Source: Thecamonas trahens ATCC 50062 (lineage: Eukaryota > Protista > Apusomonadida). Taken from it: 64,000 nt of DNA. Where the stretch lies: the NCBI RefSeq assembly GCF_000142905.1, contig NW_013657673.1:372001-436000 (forward strand), given 5' to 3'. Positions 23,674-36,371 of the stretch are shown piece by piece. The translations under genes were made by a program, and so were the position numbers. Below the pieces are notes generated by a model. That model worked only from the letters and a program-made list of their open reading frames with translations. It had not been told where the DNA came from and made no database searches. Position 1 is the first letter of the stretch, and every line of letters begins with the position of its first letter.

Positions 23674-24417
23674 TCACTCGTCGGCGCCAAAGGCAAAACC
23701 GCCAGGCCGGGCGGGCGGGGCATCAGGATTGTTACCGGCAACAGGAGCCGGTGCCGGCGGCTGTGCGCGAATGTCGCCACAGAGGACGCGGAGAAAGTGC
23801 GGGGTGGCCAAGAGGTGGCGGCCTGAGGTGGCTGGGTAGATGTCGACAAAGTAGTAGTAGAGATGACCGACGACAATGCCGACCAGGTCCGGGATGGGTG
23901 AGTGGCCCATGACAAAGGAAAAGGCAAGCAGAATCCACGGCAGGTATGGCGCGGTGAACGGCATGAGGCCGAACAGATTCATGTGCACGTGCTCATTGCG
24001 ACGTGCCCATACGTAGACGGTCATGAACGAGAGCGAGTCGCCGAGGAAGAGGAGGCCAAGAAACGGGGCGGCGGCGATCATGCACACTGCTCCAAACAGA
24101 ATCATGTACAGCATGTCCGCAACTCGGCCGGCGTAGTGAAACTCCTCTAGTGTCCGGCAGTAGCGGATGAGAAAGTAGAGATGCAGGAGCATGTCCAGCG
24201 GGCCTGCCGACGCAAAGTACACAAACGGCGTGATGAGCCGCCACACCTCGCCGCGCATGATTAGATTCCAGTTAAAGTACAGCGTAAACGGCGAGATCAT
24301 ACCCAGCTGCGCCGCCCCCGTCGTCACTGCCGCCAATGTCGCCCAGGTTCTTGTCACCGGCGGAATGTTCCTGATCATCCCAATATCCCCACGTTCGTCC
24401 CCATCCAATTCCCGCAT
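23674..24417 (-). CDS. Derlin (Der1-like ERAD membrane protein, Derlin-2/3 type)
   Basis: IPPVTR, EVWRLITPF.YF, YCRTLEE, YVWARRN, FTAPYLPW, DLVGIVVGHLYYYFVDIYP..G..LL.TP.FL. Confidence 0.95.
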   Translation of the reverse strand: MRELDGDERGDIGMIRNIPPVTRTWATLAAVTTGAAQLGMISPFTLYFNWNLIMRGEVWRLITPFVYFASAGPLDMLLHLYFLIRYCRTLEEFHYAGRVADMLYMILFGAVCMIAAAPFLGLLFLGDSLSFMTVYVWARRNEHVHMNLFGLMPFTAPYLPWILLAFSFVMGHSPIPDLVGIVVGHLYYYFVDIYPATSGRHLLATPHFLRVLCGDIRAQPPAPAPVAGNNPDAPPARPGGFAFGADE

Positions 24418-24928
24418 CCGTATCACCGCCGCCGCCTTTTGTCAGTCATGGACGCTGCCGCTGACCTCACCACCACGGACCGCAGCCACACGTAGGCATC
24501 CCCTCCCCTCCCCCACCCCCCACCCGGGTNNNNNNNNNNNNNNNNNNNNNNNNNNNNNNNNNNNNNNNNNNNNNNNNNNNNNNNNNNNNNNNNNNNNNNN
24601 NNNNNNNNNNNNNNNNNNNNNNNNNNNNNTCACCCCAGCCAGCTCCTCCGATCGAGGGGCCCATGCCCACTTTGTGCTAGCTCCCTCCACGCTCCGGATG
24701 CTGCCCACGTCAACCGCCCGTGACGCCACCACCGTACGGCACTACCCCTCCCCCTCCCCTCCCCTCCCCCTCCCCCCCCCCCCCCCCCCCCCCCCACACA
24801 CACATACCGATACATCTCCTGCACAGCTGCCATGACTGCCACGTGAGCTCTCCGTGAGTTCCCACCGGTCGGTTCTCCAAGTCGAGTGGCCTGCCCTCCA
24901 ACCGGCCGCCTGTCGGCTGTTCGTCTAA

Positions 24929-25771
24929 CCCTGAACGGTACGCTCGTTCGGGCGCGTTGTCGCGCGTCTCAAAGTGAACAACTCGGTGATGTTTGACTTC
25001 CAGATCACCGGCGGATGCTGCACGACGCCTGCTTGGCCTGCGGCTTGGGGTGGCAGGCGCGCCCGCACGTGATGGCGGCCGACACGTAGACGCCCGCCTG
25101 AAGGATGCCAGACCTGGGAGTATATTATGGGCGAGGCGCGCAAGGTGCCGTACGCCGCCGATTCGGAGGAGCGGCGGGCGCGGACGGTGCGGAGCTTGTT
25201 GTTGACGACCCCGACGAGCGGGGAAGGAGAGCATGACAGAGTTGAACACAGCGGCGGGACGGGAGAGCGCGAGGGCGTTATGGATCTTCTTGCGACGGAC
25301 GAGCTTGCCGGTCGGCGTGGCCGCGCAAGTGATGGCACGTCATCCTGTACTGGATTCTGGACGCCGCGCTCATCAACGCGTACGCGCTCTACGCCGACGC
25401 GAGCCCACGCCCCGCCATGACTCGCGTGGCTATCATCGACGCCTTCTTGCCGCCAGCGCCGCCGCCGCCAACTCCGCGCCGTCGCGCAAGCGAAAGCGCA
25501 CCTCTGCGGCGGCTGCTCGTCACCACCACTTCGCACAGCGAGCCGCCGTGCGACGCGACTGCCTCGCCTGCCGGAAGCTTCATGGTAAGCGATGGCGGCC
25601 GCGGACCTTTTGCGCCGCGTGCGGCACTCATCTCTGCATCGCCGACTGTGGTCTGTTGTGGCAGCCATTATCACTTTGTACTACTCTCTTACAACAATCC
25701 ATGGACGTTGCGACGTCTGTGGAGCGCGGCTTGCGCGATGGATAAATGAGTCCATTCCGTACCGCAAAGGG
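24929..25771 (+). mobile_element. Internally deleted piggyBac-like DNA transposon, copy 1
   Basis: Imperfect TIRs CCCTGAACGGTACG / CGTACCGCAAAGGG. Contains a transposase C-terminal remnant. Both ends are homologous to 35854-36371. Confidence 0.85.
25323..25668 (+). pseudogene. piggyBac-type transposase C-terminal fragment
   Basis: RK*WHVILYWILDAALINAYALY (TGA where W is expected), followed by the Cys-rich domain H......RRDCLAC.....R.RPRTFCAACGTHLCIADC. No catalytic core present. Confidence 0.85.
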
Positions 25772-25838
25772 TTCAAGGTAAAGGCACCCCACTTCACCAC
25801 CTCTCCTCCGTTTCCGCGGGTCTGAGCCGCAATTGGCT

Positions 25839-28219
25839 TTACTTGGCAAGAATGACTTGGTCGACAAAAATGGTTAGCGCCTTGTGGACACGAATCGATT
25901 GCTGGTGGCCCTGGATGACGTCGGCTGCAAGCGAGAGCTTGATATCAAGCTGACTTTCCTCCAGATCCATGCCATGCTCGCCGGCGACGGTGACCACGGC
26001 CTCGGTCACGGCCTCAATGGGCGCCGACGGCTGCTTGTGCTTGACGTGGACGTACGAAGCCGAAGCAAGATCAAAGTGCTCGCGATCCTTGCTCGAGAAC
26101 TCGGGTCCCACCAACGCCCGCCTTACAGCAAGAAAGCAGGTGATGGCGTCAACCGACAGCACTTCGGACCGCTTCCGCCCCAGCTTCTCAAACAGCGAGA
26201 TCTCTGGATGCTCCGACCGCCGCTCGCCCACGTTGTACCACAGCGAGGCTTCGGACTCGTGCGCTCCACGCCGTGACGCTGCCTGGCTGCGGGCCCACGT
26301 GCGGATTGCCCGCGATAGCGACCACTTGGCCCGCTCAGCCGACGCCTCGCGCAAGAGGTAGATCTCGTCAATGGTGCCAAGCAGCCAGTCCAGCGATCGC
26401 AGCTGGACGGTCACACTCTTCCGCCGTGAGGCGACGACGATGATGGCGATTCGGGTGCCAGTGACGACGAGCGCCGTGGCGACGACGACGGCCGCATGAA
26501 CATCGGTGTCCGCGGCGAGACCGGCGACTGCGCTGCCACCAGCGGCGTAAAGGGCGTGAGGGGCGAGAGTGGTGATCGTGGCGACGATTTGCGTGTATCC
26601 ACTTCAAGCTCAAGATCAGTTTGGAAATCAAGTGTGAGTGTCAGTTCGGGCGAGGCAGAGCCGACCGACTGCTCGGTCGGCGAGCTAGACGGTGAGTAGT
26701 GCGGGGGCGACTCGGAGCCGATGGGAAAAAGCGACGACGACGACGGCGACTTGGTCATGATGCTCATAGAATTGCGTCGGTCCAGACCGATTCGACGAAT
26801 GGTTGGCATGGTGAGGATCGGCCCAGAGGCTGGCCGCATGGTCGCCAACGACGCTGAGTACATCTTGGTCTCGCCGCGCTCGTCCACAGGCGGAGGCGAC
26901 CGAGACTCGGATAGTCTTGACCGGCTTGTAGACCGCGACAGCGACCTGGGCGAGCTGGGCGGCTCGTCTGACTGCAGTGATGGGTCCAGACTGGGCATCG
27001 TGGCGGAGAGCTTGCCGAGCACAAGATCTACAAAGTCGTCCGAGTCGGAAGAAAGCGTCCCAGAGCCGTTTCCGGTTCCAACCGGCAAGCTCTGCAGCTC
27101 GAGCGACTGGCTCTGCTCCGGCGGACCCGGAAGCGAGTTCGAAGCGTCATCCATCTCGCCCAGCGAGTCTGAGACGCGAAGCTCGGCTTTGGCCTCCTCG
27201 TGGAGGCTCGCCGCTGTCACCTTGCCTGACGCCAGATCGTCGACCATTCGGCGCACCTCTTTGTAAGCCTCGTGTGAGACCAGGTCGCCAAAGCCTTTGG
27301 CAGTCATGTGTGAGCGCAGGGCCTGGACCTTGGAAATAGAGTCCTTCCACTGGACCGCCACCCGTTGCGATGCGGACCGGTTGAGGAACTTGGTCTCCAC
27401 GGCCTTGGCCCGCATCGTCCGCATGTGTTTCCGCAGCCGCGATGCCTCTTCTTCTTTGGAGAAGATCAACTCGTCGATGTCATTGATTTCTCTTTGGATG
27501 GATGCAATCCGCTCGCGGAGCGTGTTCAACCGTGCCGTTTCTTGCTCCAGTGCGTTTTCCTCGCGCAGCCGGGTCGCCGAGTCGGCCTCGACCTGCGCGT
27601 TGAGCACGATGGTCTGATGAATAAGCCACGAGTTCTTGAGCTTTGCGGCATCCAACTTGTCATGCGCCTCGTCCAGCTGGTTCCGCTCAAACGACGCCAC
27701 CCGTGCCTGCAGCGCCGCGTCCTCTTGGGCCAGGTGCTCGGCCTCGCGGGCTTGTTCCAGTTGCTGGGACAGGGTCATGATCCGCTCCTCCAGTCCCACC
27801 AGCTGCTTCCTCAGCTGTCCCTTGGAGCTTCGGATAGCCGAGAGCTGCGACTTGAGAGCCCGTGGTGCATCGGCCACCTCTGCATGCTGGGCAAGGAGCA
27901 GCTCGGCAGACTTCTTTCGCGACATCATCTCCCACGCGACGTGGGCCCTCAGCGATGGCAGGACCCAGATGACCGACCGCAGCGTGGAGATGCAAGCCGC
28001 CAGCAGGGCCTTGAGGCCGGGACCGCCCTCTGGTGCCACCAGCACCTTTTCCACTGCTTTGATGAGAGTCTCTCCAGGCACCTGTGCTCTCTCATCCTGG
28101 CTGACTACCAACGATGACGTTCCCCGCAACCGAGACGTTCTTGGCGCCAGCGGCTCGACCTCGCGTGCCGCCACCAGGAACCGGTCCACAGCCGCCTGTA
28201 GTTCCACTATCCGGCCCAT
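25839..28219 (-). CDS. Coiled-coil protein with Ser-rich linker and helical C-terminal domain; frameshift near 26428
   Basis: ORF from MGRIVELQ (28219) with long heptad regions. Continues into ORF 25839-26414 (LDWLLGTIDEIY...EHPEISLFEKL), weakly reminiscent of TSNAXIP1-like ciliary proteins. Confidence 0.65.
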
Positions 28220-28505
28220 GAGAGGACCAAGCAGGAAAAGGAAGAGCAAAGAGAGAGAGAGAGAGGTGAGTGTAGGTGTTGTTGTGGCGGTAGGTAGACC
28301 CGCTGAGCTACTGTCCCACCTGCCAACTTGCCGTTCATCAGCTGTCCACCGCCCGCGCCCGCCCTTCTTGCCGCTCACCCCCCCCCCTCCCCCCCCCCCC
28401 CCCCCCGCTGCCTGCCAGCAGACTTGGGCGCAGAGACGTAAGTGCAGAAGGACCCGAGGCGGACGAGTTGGTTGCATACCTCACTCATTCACTTGGGAAT
28501 ACAGC

Positions 28506-29813
28506 ATGCAGAGACTGGCGCTGGGAGTGGTGCTGCAGGTGGTTATGGTTGTGGCTGTGGTGCTGTCTGCGGTGGTGAGTGCGTCGTCGCAGCAGTGCTC
28601 TCTGGTGGAAGAGCTCAAGGCTGCCGGTGGTCACATCCATGAGATGATCAATGTGGCTGATGGTGGTGGGGATGAAAGTGGTGGTTATGCTTATGGTGGT
28701 CGGCGACTGGTGGCTGCAGGGGATATCGGTGGTGGGGAAGAGCTGGTTCATGTCCCCTTTGCTGCCATGATAACTATCGACGACGCCTATCGCTCGCCCA
28801 TTGGGAGGGTGCTGATGGCCCTTGAGCTGCCGGATGCACAGGCGCTGGCGCTGTACCTGCTGTTTGCTCGCGCATGGCCACGGGTGGACCCGCAGCTCAC
28901 CTCAATCAAGGCCTGCCATCTTGCTTGGCTGCCCACTCCGGACGAGATCCACGTGCCGATTCTGTGGCGCGCAAGCGAGCGCGAAGCCCTCCACCCGTCA
29001 CAGATTGCCAGTCAAGTCGACGATGACGCTCGGCGCGCACGCGATGCATACAAGCGGTGGTCTGCTGACCTTATCCTCGCACTGCGCCGCCTCGGCCTGA
29101 AAAAGCCCGACCCGGCCGAGGTTTTCTCCCTTTCGGCCTTCAAGTGGGGTCTGGCAGTTGTCTCCTCACGAGTCTTCTCCGTCACCGTCACCGATCCAAG
29201 CTCCGGCGAGCAGATCCATCACCGGGCACTGGTTCCGGTCCTGGACCTCGCCAACACTGACGTCCACTCGCGGGTCCGCACCATCGAGGCTGTCGGGCCC
29301 GACGGCTCGATCTCGCTTCAGTCGACAGCACCGATCGAGGCTGGTGCTCCAGTGACCGTCTTCTATGGCTCGAACCAGCTTTCCAATGTCGACCTCTTTG
29401 TCAAGTATGGGTTTATGCTGGGGGGCACCGAGGTCCACGATCCCGAGTCGGACCTTCCTCCCGGCATCACTGTCTCCCTCGCGGATGGACCGGCACCACT
29501 CCTTGTCAAGCTTCCGCCAGGCAACCCAGAGAGCAAGCTGTACATCAATCCGGAGTTGGTTGCTGCCATCAAGCCCAACGAGCTCGAGGCCGAGATCCGG
29601 AGCCGCATCGCCGCTCTCGACTTGGCCAAGCAGAGCTTGGTCAAAATCGAGCCGCCGTATCCGCCGCGGACCACACTTGCCCTTGCTGTCCTCACCAACG
29701 AGCGCTGGTATGCTTCGCGCGCCCTCCACTCCCTGGTCCTCATCCGCCAAGCCGCTGCCTCTGAGGCTGCTGCCGCCGGCATCACCCTCGACGCCGACAA
29801 GACTGATCTGTGA
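28506..29813 (+). CDS. SET-domain protein (SETD3/Rubisco LSMT-like) with predicted signal peptide
   Basis: GGRRLVAAGDIGGGEELVHVP, FKWGLAVVSSRVF, ALVPVLDLAN, VFYG..SNVDLFVKYGF; hydrophobic N-terminus. Confidence 0.85.
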   Translation: MQRLALGVVLQVVMVVAVVLSAVVSASSQQCSLVEELKAAGGHIHEMINVADGGGDESGGYAYGGRRLVAAGDIGGGEELVHVPFAAMITIDDAYRSPIGRVLMALELPDAQALALYLLFARAWPRVDPQLTSIKACHLAWLPTPDEIHVPILWRASEREALHPSQIASQVDDDARRARDAYKRWSADLILALRRLGLKKPDPAEVFSLSAFKWGLAVVSSRVFSVTVTDPSSGEQIHHRALVPVLDLANTDVHSRVRTIEAVGPDGSISLQSTAPIEAGAPVTVFYGSNQLSNVDLFVKYGFMLGGTEVHDPESDLPPGITVSLADGPAPLLVKLPPGNPESKLYINPELVAAIKPNELEAEIRSRIAALDLAKQSLVKIEPPYPPRTTLALAVLTNERWYASRALHSLVLIRQAAASEAAAAGITLDADKTDL

Positions 29814-30157
29814 GCCTAAATCCCCCCCTCCCCCCTTTCCGAACCCATCGGTGCTACCATCGCCGTGTCTGCATACACTCTAACTTTAGCACTGTTCAAC
29901 AGAAGCAGGCTGGTCCCGAGTCGGTAGCCTCGGCCGTGGTCAGTTGCCGTGGCCTGCGTGCTTTTGCGAGAGTGACACATTGGGTGACTGCGACCGATTG
30001 AGCCGATGGGTGACGAACCGGAGCTTCCACGACGACCAGGGCGACAAGGCGACCGGGTGGAGTGACAGCAGAACCAGTGGTGGCAAGAGTGGTAGTAGCA
30101 CCACCCCACTTTACGCACACGCACACACACACACACACACTAACATAGGGTAGTGTG

Positions 30158-33100
30158 ATGGCTGTGAGTGGGTTAAACGCACGGCGTGCCAAGGTGCGCG
30201 CCAGCAACCACTGTCCGGCTGTCCTGCTCGCGCCACTGGGCGAGGAGCGGGTCTACCGCCAGGCTATCGAGTGGTGGGAGCGGATCGACGAGGGACTGCA
30301 GTATGTTGTGGCCACAGGCGACATCGGGAAGGGCGGCAAGTATCTTATTCGCTGGCTCAATCGGCTGGAAAAGGGCATCGAGCTCGAGTTTCCGCTGGAG
30401 GACTCGCCGGCGGCCCACGCAGTCTCGCCGCGCCGCATCTCGCTCATCCGCTCGCTCTTTGCGCTCGCCACCAACGAGCGCTTCTCGCTCCGCATGCAGC
30501 GCCAGATCTTTAATCCGCTAGCCAAACTTCTTGACGAGCCCGACATGGAGTTTCCGGATCTGGAGATCGATTGGCGCCCACTTCACCACATCGTCACCTC
30601 GCTGTACTCCGAGTCGTCTTGCCCGGACGGGATGATGCCGTCGGCCTCACACGCCTCGGCGCTGTACAAGGTTATTTCTCGGTCGCGGAGGCTGTTTCCT
30701 CGAAGCACGGCCGCGACTGTCCTGGACGAGGCAAAGCCATACATCCAGCCGTATGCGCCGGGCGTGACGCTCAAGGCGCTCCTGGTTGCCACCATGTTTG
30801 TCCCCGCATCGCATGCACCGCTGAAGGAGTGGCTGCCGACCTTGCTGGAGGCCGACAAACTCATTCGATCGCGCGAGTGGACGACCCGGCTGCTCTCACT
30901 CTTGGTCGAGGCACTGGAGGCGAGCGTGTGCGAGGCGGAGCGCCACGCTGCCGTGGCTGCGGAGGTGTGCAAGCTGTTGCCGGACCTGATCCAGCGCGGC
31001 ATCTCGCGACTGCAGTTGCCTGGCGCGTCAGGCTCTGGACAGGCCGACGTGGCGCTGCCGCAAAGCGGGCAGCAGCTCATGGTCCCTTCGTCGATGACCC
31101 ACCTGCTTGGGCGGTCGATGTTTTGGATTGAGCTGGGCAAGGCGTTTGTGATGGCGGCTGCCAATGGGAGTGCCGACTCGCCGGCATACTCTGCGCTCGA
31201 AACACTGCTCACCATGCTCAAGTCCTACCTGCACCCGTCCAACTCGGGGCGGTGGCAGACCGCGCTCGCCGTCCTGCTCAACACGCTGGCGACGACGGTG
31301 ACCGAGGTGGCGGTGGCTGCGCCCGACGCATTTGCGGCGCCGATGCGGGCCAAGTTTGTGCTGCTGATGGAGCGCCACATGTATGTTGCGCTGTACTCCA
31401 AGTCGCACATGCTGACCAAGGCCGGTGTGGCGATGGCTGAGGCGTGCATGACGCTCGAGCCGCGGCTGGTCGTGGAGAAGATGACGCTCGAGCTGACCAC
31501 CTCGCTCCAGTCGGTCAACGAAGTCCACCGGACTCAGGCTGCTTTGCAGTTACTGGGCGCGGTCCTTGTCCCGTGGTTTGCTCGCAGTGGCTTTGACCAT
31601 GCTGGGCTCGGCCCTCGGGTTCAACCTGAGGCTGCGTCACTCGAGCTCTTGCTATTCTTTATGGACATTCTACTGATGGGTCTCGACCCGAACGACATGG
31701 GCAAGTCTGTGGCCACCATCCGCACCACGTTTTCGCTGCTCTCGATGATGCCACTCGCTGCGCGCGGCACGACCGCTGCCCTGTTCACCGACTGGGCGCT
31801 GGCCTTTGTCGACCGCGCGTTCTCGTTCTATGAGCAAGCCGAGGATGTGTCGATGGTGGCTTCCATCGGCGTCGACGTCGGCGAGCGGGCGTACTCGGTC
31901 CGCGGCGGCGACCGCGCGCTGGGCGGAGGCTCGCTGGTTGCGTCTGAGGGTGCGAGCTCGGCGGCGACCCAGGCTCAGATGGTTGGGGCTACTTTTCGGG
32001 CGTCATGGCTATGTTTGCCGACGCGCTACCTCGCAGCATGGTGGCCGATGTCGCGCGGCACGTGCTCCAGCTCATCCGCGGGCGGCTGATGATGAACGCG
32101 CTTGAGCAGGTTCGCGACGTCGTCTCGGTGCTGTGCGGCGGCTCGACACTTGAGAAGCAGAAGATTGCCATCGACATTCTCGCTCCGCCGACGCTGCAGA
32201 TTGTGCGCGACGAGCTGGCGTCCGGCGCTGGGAGCCAGGCGTCGGCCAACGCGCCGCTGCTGCTGTGGAACTTGAACGTGCTCGCCGGCATTGCACAGTC
32301 GCGGGCGTTTGCGCGCGACTACGCCGACGATATCCGCGCGCTCTTGCCCAAGATTTTTGCGCTTGAGCACAAGGGCGCGGCCATGCTCGCCGCCGAGTTT
32401 GTGCGTTGCATCCTCACGGCGCTGTCCGAGACCGATCACGTCGGCATTGCGGCTATGGGCCCTGCCGAAGCCGAGGCAATGCTTGCTAGCGGCGACTCGC
32501 CAGAGCTACTCTGGCGCGGCCCGCTGCCGTCGCTGCAAAAGACGCGGCTGGAGCTCGAGTGGGTAGTGGCAGCCGACGATGCCCACCGCCCGTTTGTCGA
32601 GTTTGCTTGGGAGGTCTTTGACTGCGTGTGGGGCGAGGTCGAGACTCGTCTCGTGGCTTACGCCTGCTCTGCGCCAGGCGAAGAGCCGTTGACCAAGGCG
32701 CAGCTCCACGCAACGCTTTCGCTGCTGGCGGGCCTGCTACAGGGATCTGGGCGGCTTCTGCCCGAGAGCGAGTACTCGGGACCTGATGCGCAGTCGGAGA
32801 CCGAGACGACGCCACGGGGCGACGCTGCGGGCGGTGGGGACGGCTTGTGCAGCGATGCACATGAGGTTCTTGCCCAGGCGCGACCGGCGATGCTCTCTCT
32901 CGAGGTGCTGGACATGCCGACGCCTGCCCGACGCGGCGGGTGGGGCCATGAGCAGAGCCGCGACGACATTGGGCGGGTCCTGCACCAGATGGCGAGCAAG
33001 CTCTCTTCGCATGAGCTGTCCGATGTACTTGGAGCGCAGATTGTGTGCGAGTGCATCCGTCTGCATCTCGCCTTCCGCGGGGTGAACAAGGGCGAGGTGT

Positions 33101-35853
33101 CGAACGCACAAAGCGCGCTTATCAACTCGCTTTTTGAGACGCCGCTGATGAACGCACTCTGCATTGCCTCGCGGTCGCTGGCGGTCATCCGCACGGGGCT
33201 CTGGTGGCACCACTACGAGTTTGTGAACCGGCTTGTGCCGCCGAGCGAGACCAACGTGGCGCTGCTTGACGATGTGTTTGCGCTGGCGCGCGGGCCACAC
33301 GCGCCGATCCGGGCAGCGGCACAGGAGACTCTGGCTGCACTCCTGCCGCGGTTCACTCTCACTCGGGCGCGGCTGCTGGCGACGGCGCTCGACGCGCTCG
33401 ACGCCCCGGGCGAGGTCGGCGACGACGTGCTCACCGGCTCACTCTACTTTATCAACCGCGGCCCGGAGCTCAAGTTTATCATGACGCGACCGGAGCTGCG
33501 GACCAAGCTGCTGGTGGCGCTCGGCAAGACTCATCGGATCGAGAAGTTGACGGTGCTGGCGCGGGCCAACGCGCTGCTGCACAAGGTGCTCAGCCTTGAT
33601 GTGGCGCCGTTTGTGCAAGCGCCAGGCCCGTCTGGCCCCGTTCCAGGCCATTTGGCACAAGCTGTTGACGAGCATGCCTCGGCCGTGACGGCCAAGGCCG
33701 AGGCAGCGCATGCTGCAACGTGCTCGGCGCTCCTCGCAGAGCTCGACGAGCACCCAACGATGCACTGGCGGCACGTCGGGTTTATCATCATGCTGCTCAC
33801 CAACGAAATGCGGACTGACGCGATGCCATCGGCCGAGCTTCTGCGGCTCTTCCTTCGCAAGGCTGTGGACGAGCTCGAGTCGATCCGGAACATGGCGCTG
33901 GTGGGCCTCTGCCCGATTCTGGTGCTGTTGAGCCAGGCGCTCGGCCTGCACCCGGTCCATCGGCCGAGCGCGTTCCAGGTCGAGGGCGACGAACTGCCAG
34001 AGGCAGAGGTGTTTGGCGACCAAGCGAGCTTTGAGGCGGCCGAGTTTGTGGATCCGGCATGGGCTGGGTGGTCTGCAGCGGTACCGTCGACCGCGACGGT
34101 GCTACGCGACTTGCGGCCCAAGCATAAGCTGTTCACCTTTTCCGCCAGCGAGGCCCAGGTTGCCGAGCAGGCACAAGCGCTTGTGGCCGAAGTCCGAGCA
34201 TGCTTTGGAGAGGCCGAGTACTTGGTGCGAATGGTAGAGGTGCAGCAGATGAGTGAGCGCGGCGATGAGATCGGCTTGGCATTTCTGCCATCACGGGCGT
34301 TCACGCTTTCGCTTGGCTTTGCGCTTGTGGGCCCCGAGACAATGCTTCAAGTGGTGACGCCATGTGTTGGGCTTGTTCTGAGCGGTATGGCCGCGAACGA
34401 CGCGTCGGCGTGGTCGTCGCATGCTCTGGGCGCCGAGCTCATGTCTGCGGTCGGCAGCGCGTCGATGTACACCCCCGACGTCGAGGCGTGGCAGGCGGCG
34501 GGCGAAGTGGTGACGACGCTGCTGCGTGCCGGACTGAGCCTGGCCAAGGACAGCGAAGGGTTTGAAGACTGGAAGGTGGGGCTCTCTGCTCTGCTCGAGG
34601 ACCACGACCCGCGGCGGTTCGGATGGCTGCTGAACGAGCTGGCAGCCGCACCGCGGACGGCTTCGACGTCGGCGCAACGGGTCAAGGCTCTGGAGCTTGT
34701 GACGCTCAGCGTTGTCGTGGCCGGGCGGCGGAGCGTGCGGTGGTTTGAGCCGCTGCTAGACGAGCTGGCGGCGGCGCGGGCGTCGGAACTGAAGCAGATG
34801 CGCTCGGTGGTCATGTCGTTTGTATCGGAGCTGCTGGCGCTCGGGCCGCGGCCGGCGGTCGACGTTTGGGTCTCGGCCCTGTTGGCCGAGGTGCAGGACG
34901 AGGGCGCACCTGCCGAAGTGCGGTCGCGCCGGGCCAAGGTCCTGCTCTCGCTCGTCTTCAACTCATCGTTCAAGGTTGGGCGTGGAATGGAGAGCCAGCT
35001 GGCTCGTGTCGTCCCGCTAGTGGCCAGCGCTGCCGACGACACTGATCCGGCGGTGCCATCATATGCGCGGCTGACGCTGCGGTTCTGTGGCAAGCTCGCG
35101 GTCCCGTCTTCGATGCTTGAGGATGTAATGACAGCGCTCACCAAGTGCCTGGCGGTTCGCGAGGAAGCGTCGTGGCGGGTCCGGCTCTCTGCGCTCTCGG
35201 GCATCCAGTCGCTCATTCTTGCACAGGCGCCACGGCTAGGAGCGGCGAGTGCTGGCGGGGTCGGGCTCGCGCGTGCAGTGCTTGATGCACTGCTAGATCC
35301 GCAACGCGAAGTTTGTGATGCGGCGTCACACACACTCTCGGGCATGATGGTGTGTCTGCCGTGGCTTGGTGTCGAGGTCCTGCTGCCGCTGCTGGACGCA
35401 GCGGCGCAGCTCCCTGTCCGCGACGTGCGGCGGCGGAACAAGAAGAAGCGTAAGGGCAAGAAGAGCAAGGACACGGATGGATGTGCTGGCCCCAGTGCCG
35501 TCGACTTGAGCGGGACGCGGCTTGCACTTTGCGAGACCGACGCCAAAGCAGTGGGAGATCTCGCGCCGGACGAGCTTGACACCCGGCTGCGCAAGGTGCA
35601 TGCCGCAGTGCAGGGTCTCATTGCGCTGCTGCGGACCGAGCCGTACGAGGTGACGGCGTGGATGGTACCTGTCCTTGTCCGGGTCGCCAAACACCAGGCG
35701 TCACCGCTGCCGATCCGCAGCACGGTCTCACGGTACTACGCCGAGTTCTGGCGGACACACTCGGACTCGTTCCCGCTCTACGCGTCGCTCTTTTCTGCCG
35801 ATGAGCTGGAGACTGTGCGGGAGATGGTGGTTGCACCGACCTACTTTGCCTAA
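30158..35853 (+). CDS. PSME4: Proteasome activator PA200/Blm10; frameshift near 31994
   Basis: IDWRPL, SYLHPSNSGRW, GLDPND..K, HWRH, WRVR, HAAVQGL.AL....PYEV..WM, EFWRTH.D, C-terminal PTYFA*. Confidence 0.95.
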
Positions 35854-36371
35854 CCCTTAACGGTACGATCGTTCGGACGCGTTGTCGCGCGTCTCAAATT
35901 GAACAACTCGATGATGCTTGACTTCCAGGTCACCGGCCGGCCGTCGCTGCGCGACGCCTGCTTGGCCTGCGGCTTGAGGTGGGAGGCGCGCCCGATGCGT
36001 GATGGCGGCCGACACGTGGACGCCCACCTGAACGATGCCCGAGTTGCCGTCGCGATGACGGACGCCTGAGAGCATGGGCGAGGCACACGAGGTGCCGTAC
36101 GACGCCGATCCAGAGGAGCGGCGGGCGTGGACGGTGCGGAGCTTGTCGTTGACGACCCCGACGACCGGGAAGGAGAGCATGACAGAGTTGAACACGGTAG
36201 CCGGACGGGAGAGCGCGAGGACGTTGTGGATCTTCTTGCGATTGACGAGCTTGCCAGTCGGCGAGGCCGACGCCGAGTTGACCGCGATTGATGGACGTTG
36301 CGACGTCTGTGGAGCGTCGCGGAGCGCAGCTTGCGCGATGGACAAAGTTGTCCATTGCGCACCGTAAAGGG
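35854..36371 (+). mobile_element. Non-autonomous piggyBac-like element, copy 2 (shorter deletion derivative)
   Basis: TIRs CCCTTAACGGTACG / CGCACCGTAAAGGG. Homologous to both ends of copy 1. Begins immediately after the PSME4 TAA. Confidence 0.85.

Noticed and set aside
25329-25331. In-frame TGA at a conserved Trp position, suggesting TGA=Trp recoding
   Set aside because: It lies in a decayed transposon, and intact genes here use TGG for Trp and TGA as stop.
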